The notes under the pieces were generated by a model. It saw only the letters and a program-made list of their open reading frames with translations, had not been told where the DNA came from and searched no databases. 64,000 bases of DNA from Paraspadella gotoi (Eukaryota > Animalia > Chaetognatha). The DNA is taken from positions 18,160,087-18,224,086 of the forward strand of contig CM119266.1 in NCBI GenBank assembly GCA_051294375.1, given 5' to 3'. The translations under genes and the position numbers were made by a program. Numbering within the stretch: the stretch's first letter is position 1; each line of letters opens with the position of its first letter. Shown here piece after piece: positions 51,445 through 64,000 of this stretch.

Positions 51445-52292
51445 TATAGACGAGCCGAGGCGCATGCCCTCTCAGACTTCCTTTCTGCCAGAAGTTAGGC
51501 GACGAAGGAAATGTTTTCAAAACCGCGGAATTCTACGGCGATGACGAAGAACCTTTTAGCTACGAACAACTTCTTGGTGAGCGCATCGTGTGCGATCAAA
51601 TGTGCAATCATTCCTTTTCTTCTTGCTTCCTCTTCCTCTTTTCTTCTTCTTGTTTCTCTTATCTTTTTTTCTTTTTTCACCTTCTTTTTATTTTCTTTTG
51701 ATCCCCCCCCTTATCTTCTTCACTCCCTTCTCTCTCTTCCTCCCTCCATCTCTTTTTCTTTGTTCTCTGCTCCTTTTCCTCCCCCTTATTTTTTTTTCCT
51801 CCCCCTTCTTTCCTCCTTCCCTAACACTCCCCTCCACTTATTCCTGCTTTCTCCCTTCTCCAATGAGAATATTTTTAAGTTAGTTTAATTGATAATTATC
51901 ATTAATAAACGACCCAAACACTCTGATCAATCATTATCATCAATTGCTACACTAATGAGAAAAGCGAATTCGTGAACATGAAATGACACAGGAACAGAAT
52001 TTATGACAAGACAAAGTCAATACGACAATATGCAAACGAGATTGATGAACTCAATCTCATTCATTGTTGCATCAAAAGTTTCTTCCTTATATATATATAT
52101 TTATATATATATTCATATATAGTCGTGACCAAGATCGTCCTCCTCAAACGCGGCGTCGCGCCGGAGGAGATCGACGCGGCTGCGGAGCGGCTGAAGCAGC
52201 GACTGAAGGACTGGAAGCAGCAGGAGTCGTCTGACGAGACGCTGCTCGAACTTTGCGAGACGGATCCCCAGTTGGGGGAGATCTTTGGCTGA
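40719..52292 (+). CDS. LPCAT: Lysophosphatidylcholine acyltransferase (LPCAT1/2-like), paralog A, 12 exons, about 535 aa
   Basis: Exons 40719-40927, 41137-41213, 41884-41967, 42104-42245, 43110-43221, 43633-43742, 44703-44826, 50103-50303, 50507-50619, 51187-51367, 51492-51576, 52123-52292. Motifs: NPF, LLPIR TM segment, APHTSFFD (HxxxxD), FPEGT, LITFKAGAFLPGVPVQPV, WTW, VEFLPVYRP..FADNVRRSMA, degenerate EF-hand FEKENKGLMTFREY. Apparent -1 indel in exon 6 and +1 indel in exon 10. Confidence 0.9.
41366..41705. repeat. 15-16 bp minisatellite (GGGAGGAATCCCGTGT) with an orientation switch near 41430
   Basis: About 4 units as ggattcctcccacac, then about 17 units in the opposite orientation, ending aacacggtcacc. 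Confidence 0.9.
42460..43050. mobile_element. MITE-like element in LPCAT-A intron 4
   Basis: Roughly 70-90 bp imperfect terminal inverted repeats (gtggga.tcgatccctca...caggaacag.gagg.tga..cgccaat) around an AT-rich core. Confidence 0.6.
46526..46570 (+). ncRNA. Minimal type I hammerhead ribozyme motif (Penelope-like element type)
   Basis: CTGATGA-A-GGCTT-gagttgt-AAGCC-GAAA-CATGTC: intact core, 5-bp stem II, palindromic ACATGT stem III, GUC site at 46563-46565, followed by AATAAA. Stem I is weak. Mutated inverted copy at 45505-45540. Confidence 0.6.
46685..47825 (-). pseudogene. Inverted duplicate of LPCAT-A exons 6 and 7 inside intron 7
   Basis: 47825-47715 (111 nt, intact PVWIDRFDPNARSKVVEEIKGRARSGGTWWQLLIFPE) and 46808-46685 (124 nt, GTTSSGRSLITFKAGAF...) with splice sites retained. 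Reverse complement of 43633-43742 and 44703-44826. Confidence 0.85.
47114..47337 (+). mobile_element. tRNA-derived SINE (inverted copy at about 44121-44390, - strand)
   Basis: A box TGGCTCATTGAG and B box GGTTCAATCCC, followed by a non-tRNA body. Confidence 0.6.
50672..50834 (-). mobile_element. tRNA-related SINE-like repeat, copy 2
   Basis: Shares tgtaaca.cgtgttacaggcgggataagcg...gacctttgggt.gggaggcgaatg.cttgcctccggcac with 35345-35508. Confidence 0.55.
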
Positions 52293-52955
52293 ATATTGGG
52301 GCGAGATTGGGCTTTACTGGGCGTGACTGTACTTTGGGCAAAGTTGTACTTTATTGGTCACGATTGGACTTCATTAAGGAGATTGGAATTCGGTTGGGCG
52401 AGTTTGTAGGACAATATTTAGCTTTAGAGGGCACAATTGAGCTTTGCTTGGCTTTGCTTTGCTATTTAGCTTAGTTGTGCGAGATTGGGCAAGATTGTAA
52501 TTAGGCATTACTGTGCGAGTTTAGGTGACATCAGCGAGACTGAGCTTTGTTGGGCGAGATTAAGTATTAATGGGCTATTTCGGGCTATATAAGGAGGGCG
52601 ATTAGGCATCGTTGAGCAAGAATGAGCTTCGACTGGGCTATATGGGTCCTCGTTTTAGCTTCGAATGATATCGATTCGTATTGACTATCATTATTTTGAC
52701 CCGGATCGGTCTTAGCGATAAAAAAAAATGGGGCGGATAAATGATTAGAATTCAAAGAGCCAATTTTCGATTATATTGATTATTGTGTGATTACTGATTA
52801 GCTTGTTCATTCACAGATGATTTTTCAAATTGTTCAATACAAAATAAAGATTGACATAAAGTGAACTCTACATTTATTTAATCAATCTTGCGAGATGATC
52901 TTTTGAATTTTCTTAGAGGCAAATTAATTATGATTAATGACAGTTTAAAAGCAAG

Positions 52956-54370
52956 ATGGATAAAACTTCTAATCTGCTACATATTAGGGTACCAAACCCT
53001 TTTGAAGTTAGGTAAGTTTCATTAATTTCTTATTGAAATGGATGTAAATATATGAATAATAAAAAAATAAACGGGTAAATGAAACAAATAATTCACTGTA
53101 AAGTTGATGTATTTTTAAAAGAATTTAAGTTTTTAAATCTGTTTTTTTTGGTTTTGCTTATTTTCAGTTTTGTTTTTCTGTTTCTAGGAAAAAAGGGGAA
53201 AATTTTCTCAAGTTGTTCTGGAGATTCGTTCTGACTTTCACTCTGATGCCTCTCAGGATTTTGGGTAAATCCGACTTTAAAAAAAAAAAAAAGACAGAAT
53301 AAGACATAACGAGACGGACTAAAAATGAAGATGCAAGCCGGAACAAGACATCGTTTTCATCGTTCATCTTTATACATTTCACAAACCTTTATTCCACTTC
53401 CTCTCGTTCTCCTCTCCAGGAATCTCATTGCTGATTTTGCTGACGACTTGGCCGACCGCTTATCTCATCACCTGGGGTCAAGATTTGAGTCGCCCACTTC
53501 CAGGTTATGATGATGATGATGAGTATCATTATAATAAAGATGATGTGGACGAACAAATAGAACATGCAACCTCGGTCAAACCACTTGACCTTAACAACCT
53601 GACCCCGCTCGTTTCCCCCAGTTTATTTGTGGTCAAAACGTTGACCTTTGTAAATACCATTGTAATAGACTTAGCATCTGAGCATTTTGACTGTTATTGT
53701 TTATAACCTTGTTGAAGAATAAATCATTCTTGATCTGAAACTTGTGTCGTCCATAATGATTAAAATAATAATAATGATGATGATGACGAGGATGATTTCT
53801 CTGTCAATATATCTGTCTCCCTCTCTGTCTGCATTTTTGTCTCCCTCTCCCTCTCCTTCTCTCAGCCTGGCGTCGTTCTATCCACCTTTACTTCGCCCGG
53901 CCTTTCATGCGTCTCGCTTTTTTCTTCGCCGGATTCTTTCCTTTTAAAGTCGAAGGAATTCCGGCGCCGAAAGAAGAAGCGCCGATCGTCGTCGCCGCGC
54001 CGCACAGGTCTGTCCGTCTGTCAGTCTGTGTTTTTGTTTCTCTGTCTTTTGCTCTGTCTATTTAGCCGTCAATCTATCCGTCTTTCTTCCGTCCGTATTT
54101 TTTCTGTTTGTCTTCTGTCTTTCAATTCGGCCATCTGTCTTTTCCTCATGTCTATCCTCTATCCGTCTGTCTTTTGTGCGTTAACTTATCTGACCATCCG
54201 TCCGTTCATATGTCTGTCTGTATGTGACCTTATCTAGAGCGTCCTGACCGACTGTCAGACACTAAGGTAAGTCCGTCCACCTGCCACCACGACTCTGCCT
54301 GACCAATTCAATTTCAATTTCCGATTTTTCCATTTCACTCTCTTCTTCTCTCTCTCTCTCTTCTCTTCTT

Positions 54371-54411
<41 letters not shown>

Positions 54412-55953
54412 TCATTTTGGGACCCGATCATCGTCGGCTTCGCCATGTCAGAAACTCCCTCTTTCGTCGCTAAAAGAGACATTTTCCAAATTCCCGTTTT
54501 CGGTCTTTGTCTCTTGACGACTCAGGTAAGGTACCTCTAACCCATTTCTAACCTATCTCTAAATATTTCTAATGTGTCCATATGCCCATATGTCCCTTAT
54601 CTCTTACTCATCTCGAACCAATCCCCGTTCTTTCTCCTGCCTATTGTTAACTCACCTATGGCTAAATCACCCATTACACGTGGATGTTTAATTAGTAATA
54701 AATGTAATCTCTTTATGAGGTTTACAGTGAATTGGAAAAAGATAATTTTTTTTCACAATATTTCATCACTGATGATATGTTAAATACATGACGAAATATT
54801 TTTTCAAATATTTTTTCAATCCACGGTAAACCTCATAATGAGATTACATTTATTACTATTTACTAATCTCTCGGCGTTTTTAATAGACGTTGGAAGCACA
54901 ATAAATGAATCCCTCACTCAATCAATCAATCAAACTCCCCCAACCCTCCAGCCCATCTCCCTCGACCGCGAATCTCCAGCCGCCCGAGCCGACGTCAAAT
55001 CCCAAGTGTCGTCTCGTTTGGCCGACATTTCACCCTGGCCGCCAATCGGGTTCTTCCCCGAAGCCACGACCGGTTCCGGCCGACATCTCATGGCCTTCAA
55101 GTCGGGCGCCTTCGCTCCGGGATTGCCGGTGCAGCCGGTGCTGATCCGCGCTCCGGCGGAGTCCGTGTGGACTTGGGGCGGGGAGGGTGAGTTCGCGGGA
55201 TTGAGGGAAGTTTGTGATTGGAATTTGGAATGGAGGTTTTGTTTTAATGTCAGACCTTATGTTGTGTGAGATAAACTTGCAGAGTCTCGCTATGTTATTA
55301 TCTTATAAGAGGGATGGAAGCCCGAACTCACCGTAGACTTTCCAAAGTTAAATAAATAAATAAAAAGTTTTGTATTGGTTGCACTGATTTTTTTTTAATC
55401 AACCCCCTCTCTTTATCGATTTCCTCTCTTTCTCCCTCTTGTTCTCTTATCTTCCTAACCCTTCTTACTCTTCTTTCTCCCTCTCTTTTCTCCCCTTTCC
55501 CTCTCTGACTCCTCTTTTTACCCTCTCCCTTTTTCTCTTCCCCTCTCTCCTTCTCCTTCTCCCTCTCCTCCCTCCCACTCTCCCTCTCCATTCATCTCCC
55601 TCTTCCTCTAACTCCACCTGTTCTCCCTCTTCCCCTCCCTCTCCCTCCCCTTTTCCCTCTCTCCTCTCCACAGACTTCTTCTCCATCACTTGGCGTCTGC
55701 TCACCCAAATATCTTCTCCCACTTCCGTCGTCTTCCTTCCGCCTCACTTCCCCGACGCGGCGGAGCAGCGGGACGCCGTCCGTATTGCGCCGCCAGCGTC
55801 CGGGCAAGATGGCGACGGCGCTGGGAGTGGGCGTGACCGAGGGCGGGCTTTCAGGACGCCAGGGTGGTCAGGATGGGTAGGGTAGGTGGGGTAGGTTGGA
55901 GGAGAGATGAGGAGAGAGAGAGAGAGGAGAAGAGAGAGAAGAGAGAGAGAGAC

Positions 55954-56005
<52 letters not shown>

Positions 56006-56818
56006 ACGGAGAGGCGTGGAACTCGGAGAGGGGAAGGAGCAGAAGTAGGATGGAAAGCGCTCAGAGAGAGGGAAGAAGACGAGCAGAAAGAAAAAAAAAG
56101 AAAGAGAGAAGGAAAAAAAAAGAGTGAAAAAGAGACCGACTGTGCTTGATGATTTTCGCCCAAATTACTTTCGGTTCGATTTCCCAAATGTCAAACCATC
56201 CGGTATACAGTATATATATTTTAAATGTGCCTCGTCAATGTAATTGTTTTCATTCACTAAATTTGAATGTACTCTCTCATAAGTCGGCCAACTGAATCTC
56301 CCAACCGAAGTCGGTGTTGTCGGCGTCGCGAGAATCCTGAAAACATTCGAGGTTACCATGGAAACCATAAGAGAAGATTTGGTGGAATTCGCTGAGGTGA
56401 GATTGTGATTTTGGTTGTTGTTGTTGGTGTTTTTCTTGTTCTTGTTCTGTTATTATCTTAGAACAGAAAATAATAAAGGGTTATCTTTTTATTAATTAAA
56501 ACAGCTGATAGAAAATTTCCTACCACATCATTGATAAGGAAGCCAATTGTGAGAGAGTCTTGATTGAAAGCTTTCAGAGTTCTGCTATGTTATGTATTAT
56601 CTTGTAAGACGGGACCCACCATAGCCTATCCAAAGTCAGGGGTTAGATAGCCTGTTTATTGAATGAATGCATATTTTTAACATTGTTTGCATTAATTTAA
56701 CTGTAGTGACATCTTTTTTTTTTTTGTTTCAGAAAGCGGGCAGGGATGGAACTCTGGACTTTCCCGGTTTCGTTGATTGCATCCGGAGATTAAAATGGCG
56801 ATGGAATGAAGACGAGGA

Positions 56819-56849
<31 letters not shown>

Positions 56850-57644
56850 CTAAAGGAAGCTTTCGAAGAATTAGACGCTGAAAAAATGGGGAGAATCAGA
56901 TTTCGAGAATTTCTCATCTTCATCAATTTATTGCGGGTGAGAGAGTGAAAGAGTGAGAGAGTGAGAGAGTGAGAGAGTGAGAGAGAGTTTTGTTTATTTT
57001 TTGTTTTGTTTTAAGGAACTTAAATTAACGAACAACGTTCCGCGTTTGGCCAAATTGTTTGGTCAAGACAATGAACCATTTACTTACGAACAAATGAAAG
57101 GTAATGTTAAAACTGGAGATAGCTAATCTAAAATATGAATTTTATATTAAAGTTTTTACTAAACGGAAAACTAAACAAAGGAATTTGAAACGACTTTCTC
57201 CTTATTACCAATTTACCATTTATCATTATTTATATAATGATCAAAATGTTGAGCTTCATTAGTTATATTTTTAAAATTCGCCCCCTGAGGTCTAAATTTG
57301 TTTACAATTTATTCGGTTTTTTCATTAGTTATATTTATAAAGAAAACTGTACTGTTATTAGTTGGGGTTTTTTATCAATTCTTCGCCTGTGGTCGTAAAT
57401 TGTTTACATTTCACGCGGTTTTTCATGTAATCATTTTTTATTTCATTTTTTTCTAGTTTCGCTTAGAGTCGCTTTACTACACAGACTTTGTCGTGATTCT
57501 GCCGCAAAAACTGCAGCAACTTTCGAATCTGCGGCTGAAACCGCAGCAACTTCTTGGCAATCTACTTCGAAGTTAAATGTCGACGAAATTTCTGAGAAAT
57601 TAGAATCCGTTTTGGAAAAATGGAAAAAAAATAGAGTTGAATGA
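52956..57644 (+). CDS. LPCAT: Lysophosphatidylcholine acyltransferase (LPCAT1/2-like), paralog B, 11 exons, about 500 aa
   Basis: Exons 52956-53011, 53188-53264, 53420-53503, 53866-54007, 54411-54525, 54952-55186, 55674-55876, 56284-56396, 56733-56936, 57016-57100, 57457-57644. Motifs NPF, LMPLR, APHSSFWD, FPEATT, FKSGAFAPGLPVQPV, WTW, EF-hand-like DAEKMGRIRFREF. Five exon lengths (77, 84, 142, 113, 85) equal those of paralog A. Indels in exon 7; AATAAA near 57684. Confidence 0.9.
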
Positions 57645-58751
57645 AGGAATGAACAAACTAATGAATTATGAAATAATTTCGTTAATAAATTTTACGCTAA
57701 TCGTTCTTTAATTCCTTACATTTAGAATTAAGTTTGTACGATTGTGATTCACATTAGATCTAGTCTGTTTTCGAGTGGGCAACTTGAAAATGTGAAAAAA
57801 TCTTTTTGTGACAAAATTCACAATTGAATCGAATCTCGTTTGGAATCTGGCGGACTTTCGTTGATCCGTTAATAATTGAGAGAGATAAGAAGACGACGAG
57901 AGAGGAGAAGATGAGGCAGAAGAGAGAGAGAGAGAGAGGAAGAGAGAGAGAGAGAGAGAGAGGAGAGAGAAGAGAGAGAGGAGGAGAGAGAGAGACGAGA
58001 GAGAGAGAGGAATATAATGACAGCAGTGAGTGATATGAGATAGAGACCTCCAAAGAACTAAACCTCGCTGGCCGTTTTTTTTATTTTTGGGTGCAAGGCG
58101 TTTCTTCCCTATTGCAGAGATAGCGAGAAGAGAGAGAGACTGGAAGCAGATCGACGGCGATGGAGCCGAGGGGACGAAGGAGAGGAGAGAGGCGAGAGAG
58201 AGAGAGAAAGGGAGAGCGAGAAGAGAGAGCACAGAGAGATGATCGAACCGCAATTTGGGTGTGTCGTCCCTTTTTGTGAATTATCGATTTAAATTCCAGA
58301 TTAAATCTTCAAGATTTTTTTTTTTTGCTTGGCGAACGACGATAACAATTGAAAATCACAAACAAACTAACACCCACTTTGCGTCATGTGATGAGCCATG
58401 AAAGATCACAGTGCCGATTACTTGACGATTACGTGACAACTTACTAGAAGCCAATATTAATTAATGTAATTAATTACGTTCTTATGATCAAGTGATAAAA
58501 ATAAGTTATAGTGATGAATGAAAGCTCAAAGTATTAATACAATATATTATATAGTATGATGTGAGAACATGCACTAGTCAAGGCAGTGCCTATTCGCGGC
58601 TATTATTCAATTGGAACAGTTTACAAAAAAGAATAATAAACTATAATGACGGTCTGATTTTATTGTGATTTTATTTTTTGTTTCACATCATCGAAGGAAA
58701 ATAATCGAGAGAGCAGAGAGAAGAGAGAGGAGAGAGAGGAGAGAGAGAGAG

Positions 58752-58794
<43 letters not shown>

Positions 58795-60682
58795 AAGAGT
58801 CTTTTTTTCGACAGATTTTTAAAACTCGAACGTCAAAGGAAATAATTCTCGATCTTCATTCCGGTTGAAACTCATTCGACCACCGGAGAGAAAACTACTG
58901 TTGTTCGTTGTTGTTATCTGTATTGTATATTGTTATAGTTAGTCCGTTGGTGAAATCTGCTGATTCATTACTTTTGTGGTAAACATTAACTTTTGAGTTA
59001 AACATAAGACGAAAAAATCTATCAAAGCGAAATAGTTGTTATTTGTTCTTATGATTGTTACGGTTTTTGTTATTGTTGTTGATGTGTTGTTGTTGTTGTT
59101 GCTGTTGCCGCGAAACTGAGGGTTCTGTCCTCGTTAATGGGGTTGCGGTTGTCATGGTTATTTTTGGCGAGAATCGTGGTCGATGGATGTTTACAAACGG
59201 TAAACTTTATGAAATTGGTACAACCAATATAAAAATTATCCATTCATTTAATAATTAAGCTATCTTGCCCCTCACTTTGGACAGGCTTTGGTGGTTTAAG
59301 GCCTCCATCACTCTTACAAGATAATGAAAGAGCAGGTCCCTGCAAGCTTTAAATCAAGACTCTCTCACAGTATCGTTTATTCACTCCCAGAGTACCTTTT
59401 TTGTTTTCGTCGTTATTGACGTTTTTGTTGTATTTTTTATCTTCCCCAAATGGAGATGAGGATGAGTCGAGAATCAAGAATCCAAAATCGAAACTCAAGA
59501 ATCAGGAATCAAGAATCAAGAATCAGGACCACCGAAGAAGCAGCTTCGTGTCGATTCCAAACAAAAATGAAAAAAAAAGGAAAAAAATTCGGCGAAATTA
59601 AAACCGAAACTGATTAAGATTTGGAGGAGGGAAAGAAATGGGGAGGGGTAATAGACATGTGGTAGGTAAAAGAGGGGTTTTTAAGATAGGCGCGGAGCAA
59701 GAGAGGTATGGGAAAGAGAGAGAGAAGTTTGAGAGAGAGAGAGAGAGAGGTGGGAAAAAGGCAGAGGGAGCGGTCCGGAAATAAAAGGCGTGGAGAATTG
59801 AAAACTGTAAAATAAGAAAGGTGGAAAAAAGTCGGGAATAGAGAGAGATAAAAAGAGGGGTGAGGGAGAGAGAGAATAAAAAGAGAGGATTGTAAAATGT
59901 ACGGAGAAAGGTCNNNNNNNNNNNNNNNNNNNNNNNNNNNNNNNNNNNNNNNNNNNNNNNNNNNNNNNNNNNNNNNNNNNNNNNNNNNNNNNNNNNNNNN
60001 NNNNNNNNNNNNNNNNNNNNNNNNNNNNNNNNNNNNNNNNNNNNNNNNNNNNNNNNNNNNNNNNNNNNNNNNNNNNNNNNNNNNNNNNNNNNNNNNNNNN
60101 NNNNNNNNNNNNNNNNNNNNNNNNNNNNNNNNNNNNNNNNNNNNNNNNNNNNNNNNNNNNNNNNNNNNNNNNNNNNNNNNNNNNNNNNNNNNNNNNNNNN
60201 NNNNNNNNNNNNNNNNNNNNNNNNNNNNNNNNNNNNNNNNNNNNNNNNNNNNNNNNNNNNNNNNNNNNNNNNNNNNNNNNNNNNNNNNNNNNNNNNNNNN
60301 NNNNNNNNNNNNNNNNNNNNNNNNNNNNNNNNNNNNNNNNNNNNNNNNNNNNNNNNNNNNNNNNNNNNNNNNNNNNNNNNNNNNNNNNNNNNNNNNNNNN
60401 NNNNNNNNNNNNNNNNNNNNNNNNNNNNNNNNNNNNNNNNNNNNNNNNNNNNNNNNNNNNNNNNNGAAAATCCACAAAATAAATTAATTTTATAACCTGT
60501 GATATGAAAAGTACAAACAATTAAAAAAACGAAGAGAGAGAGCAAAAGAGAGAGATAGAGAGAGGAGGGGGAGATAGAGAAAGAGAGATGATAGAAATTT
60601 GAGACAAATTTCCTCATTCAAGAAAAAATTGAGGGAAAAATGAGTAAAAGGAAAATCAGTTGGTTTTGTGGAGGAGGAGGAG

Positions 60683-60715
<33 letters not shown>

Positions 60716-60758
60716 TAGGAACATGAAAAATAGTAGAGAGGAAAGAAGGAAGATATTT

Positions 60759-60821
<63 letters not shown>

Positions 60822-60823
60822 AC

Positions 60824-61343
60824 CTGAGAAAGACCATCCATGAAATTCTTTCTCTCTCCGTCCTTGTAATTAAAATCCCAGTTGACAGGATCAAGACTGG
60901 AGCTCCCTCGATTCTGTCAAAATACATTTCACTCTGTCTCGCTCTCTTTATCTCGCTCTCCCTCTTTCTCGCCCTTTGACACATTCGACGTTCGCCCTCA
61001 AGCATCTCTCCGTCTCTCTCTCTCTCTNNNNNNNNNNNNNNNNNNNNNNNNNNNNNNNNNNNNNNNNNNNNNNNNNNNNNNNNNNNNNNNNNNNNNNNNN
61101 NNNNNNNNNNNNNNNNNNNNNNNNNNNNNNNNNNNNNNNNNNNNNNNNNNNNNNNNNNNNNNNNNNNNNNNNNNNNNNNNNNNNNNNNNNNNNNNNNNNN
61201 NNNNNNNNNNNNNNNNNNNNNNNNNNNNNNNNNNNNNAAATACCGCTATCCCAATCTCCCAACATGGGGAAGAGATAACCTCAAAACTCCCTTTCTTTGC
61301 CTCATCAATTCAATGTCGACATTCACTAAACACTGTGATTTAT

Positions 61344-61433
<90 letters not shown>

Positions 61434-61539
61434 TTATTATTATTATTATTATTTATTTAGATCTTTGCAAAGAAAGCGTCATGTGACTGTGAACAGTAAT
61501 TCCTTGAAATTTGTATTCAAATCTATGTATTTATTATTA

Positions 61540-61578
<39 letters not shown>

Positions 61579-61806
61579 TATTTATTATTGATTTATTATT
61601 GAAAACAAATTAGAATTTTATTTAGTATTCAACCACCTTAATCCTTATTTGCCCACATTTTCTTACCCTTTTCTCACCGCTCGAACCTCCCCTAACGCCG
61701 CCCATCATAGCCCCCGTCCTAAGATTAAGCGGATCACAGTAATCAAAATCTCTTATCACAAGCGGGCAGTTTACAGCCAGGCTTAATATGAAGTCTGTCA
61801 AAATTC

Positions 61807-61868
<62 letters not shown>

Positions 61869-62477
61869 TCCAATTATTATATCTTCCTCCTTGTTATTTC
61901 TTTCTGTGATTTTACCTCTCGTTTTCTGATTGTATCTACAAGCAAAGACATTGTCGTTGTCATTGTTTCCAAATTCGTTTTTGTCTCATCTGTTTTTTCG
62001 TCATAATCGATCTTTTATTTGTCTCTGGTTGTTATTTTTAGTGTTTGTTTGCGTAACCAAGGTAATCGTCGTCATCGTCGTCGTCGTCGCCTCATTCCAT
62101 TGTCCTTTTGTTTCTTGTTTCCATATTTAGTTCCATNNNNNNNNNNTCCTTACCGTGCCCGAAGCGAGATTGCGGCTCTTGAGAAGCCGAAGAGGAGAAG
62201 CCCTGCCCGACATGGCTCGGCGAGGAGCGCAAAGGAACGGCGGAGAGGTCAGAGGCGCGGAACATTGCCGTGTGACGACCCCTGGCGGGCGAAACATAAA
62301 CAATGAGGAGAGGGATGAAGTCGTAGCGGGGGCGGAGGGCGTGCCTCGAGGGCTGTGCCCTTTGAGGGCCGATGGCTCAAGGGTCGTTGGAGATGGAAGG
62401 GATGGTGGCGTGAAATTATTGTTGATTAAGAGGTTCGCAAATTGTTTTTTTCGTAATTCGGGAAAAAATATCGCCAT
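60824..62477 (-). CDS. Candidate exons of an unidentified gene (fragment)
   Basis: A GC-rich open frame ends at donor 62154 (..SPLRLLKSRNLASGT|gtaagg, phase 0). A 90-nt exon 60913-60824 (ttgacag / gtgaaa) is open in phase 0: NRGSSSLDPVNWDFNYKDGERKNFMDGLSQ. No recognised homology. Confidence 0.35.
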
Positions 62478-62865
62478 TTTTAATTTTAAGCTTTCTTTTT
62501 AACTAAATCCACCAAAGCCTGTCAATAGGCAGCGGCAAGATAACTTATTAATTGAAGGAATTGATATTTTTTATATTTGTTTTACCATTTTCATTTTATA
62601 GAGTAACTATAAGTAATAATTATTAAGTATTTTTTCTGCTGTAGCTGTGTTATTTTTTGTTTTCTTGTTGTTGTTTCAACTTTCAAAGATGAAGAAATCT
62701 TCCTTTACGACAACAACAATAACAACAACAACAATTCCACAAGATGTATATCAATACTTTTAATCCTTCATCATCTGTATCAAGATTCCATCTCCACTTC
62801 ACTTCATCTGTTTCATCATCATCTGATCCTCTTCTCGCGCGTGAAATTCTTCTCCTTTGAAGTGC

Positions 62866-62898
<33 letters not shown>

Positions 62899-64000
62899 NN
62901 NNNNNNNNNNNNNNNNNNNNNNNNNNNNNNNNNNNNNNNNNNNNNNNNNNNNNNNNNNNNNNNNNNNNNNNNNNNNNNNNNNNNNNNNNNNNNNNNNNNN
63001 NNNNNNNNNNNNNNNNNNNNNNNNNNNNNNNNNNNNNNNNNNNNNNNNNNNNNNNNNNNNNNNNNNNNNNNNNNNNNNNNNNNNNNNNNNNNNNGTTAGA
63101 GCAGATTTGCTTAGACACCGAAGTAACTTGACACGAGATACAAAGAGACCGAGCCAAGTATTGAGTCATTGACCGACCGACCGACCGAACGGTTTCCAGA
63201 CTGACTGACCGACCGACTAAGACTTGATCATCTTAATCACATTCGCCGATAAACTAACGTCACCACCACAGGTTCTTCTGGTTCNNNNNNNNNNNNNNNN
63301 NNNNNNNNNNNNNNNNNNNNNNNNNNNNNNNNNNNNNNNNNNNNNNNNNNNNNNNNNNNNNNNNNNNNNNNNNNNNNNNNNNNNNNNNNNNNNNNNNNNN
63401 NNNNNNNNNNNNNNNNNNNNNNNNNNNNNNNNNNNNNNNNNNNNNNNNNNNNNNNNNNNNNNNNNNNNNNATTATTCCAAACTTTAGATATCTTTCAAAT
63501 TTACATAATCCTTCCTTTCCTTTCCAAATTTACACTTTCTGCTTTCCTTTTTTTTATATTTTCTACTTTCATTTTTTATTTTCAACCTTTTCTACTTTTT
63601 TTCGTTCAATCGTTCCATCCTTATTCAATATTCATCCACTTTCCATACTTGACTTTTTATTTTCCTTCCTCTTCTTTCCATCCTTCTCTTTCCACCCACG
63701 CCCCCCATACCCGACCTTACACTCCCCTCCCCTCCTACGGACCCCTCCAAGTCCTTCCACACCCTTCCTTTACTCCTCCACACCCTCCAGACCCCGCCGG
63801 GCCCCTCCATCGCTCTTCCACACCCTTCTTAGCCAATTAAAGAGACTTGACCAACTGGACGCGAGCGAAAGTTTTTAATCCTTCGTAATCTTAAGTCGTC
63901 GTCGTTGTTGTTGTTGTCGGTGAACTGGTCGTGAGTGACGCGGTTCAAAGGAGACCGACGACGACGACGACGACGACGACGAAGACGAAGACGACGACGA

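Noticed and set aside
52295-52650. ORF or structured element after the LPCAT-A stop codon
   Set aside because: Degenerate tandem repeat of ttgggcgagattgggc in the 3' region; no coding signal.

Overview
AT-rich, microsatellite-laden ((AG)n, (GAC)n, (ATTC)n, (TTA)n) animal genomic DNA, most likely from a bilaterian invertebrate. The assembly is gapped and has small indel errors; several gaps are exactly 25 N, which suggests long-read gap filling. Most ORF-track entries are microsatellite artefacts. Manual splicing reveals five genes. (1) The 5' part of a FoxC forkhead gene on the - strand (about 2.4-3.6 kb, missed by the ORF track). (2) A complete 3-exon FoxL1 gene on the + strand (26069-28191), head-to-head with FoxC; together they are part of the ancient FoxQ1/F/C/L1 cluster. 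(3) An orphan membrane-protein gene with an acidic 11-aa repeat region (35810-37326). (4, 5) Two tandem, strongly diverged LPCAT1/2-like acyltransferase genes (40719-52292 and 52956-57644). The first LPCAT gene contains a 4.4-kb nested palindrome with an inverted copy of its own exons 6-7, a 540-bp foldback and Penelope-type minimal hammerhead ribozyme motifs. Non-autonomous transposons (Tc1/mariner, Kolobok-like, Helentron-like, MITEs, tRNA-derived SINEs) fill introns and intergenic space. All calls come from manual reading; no database search was run.
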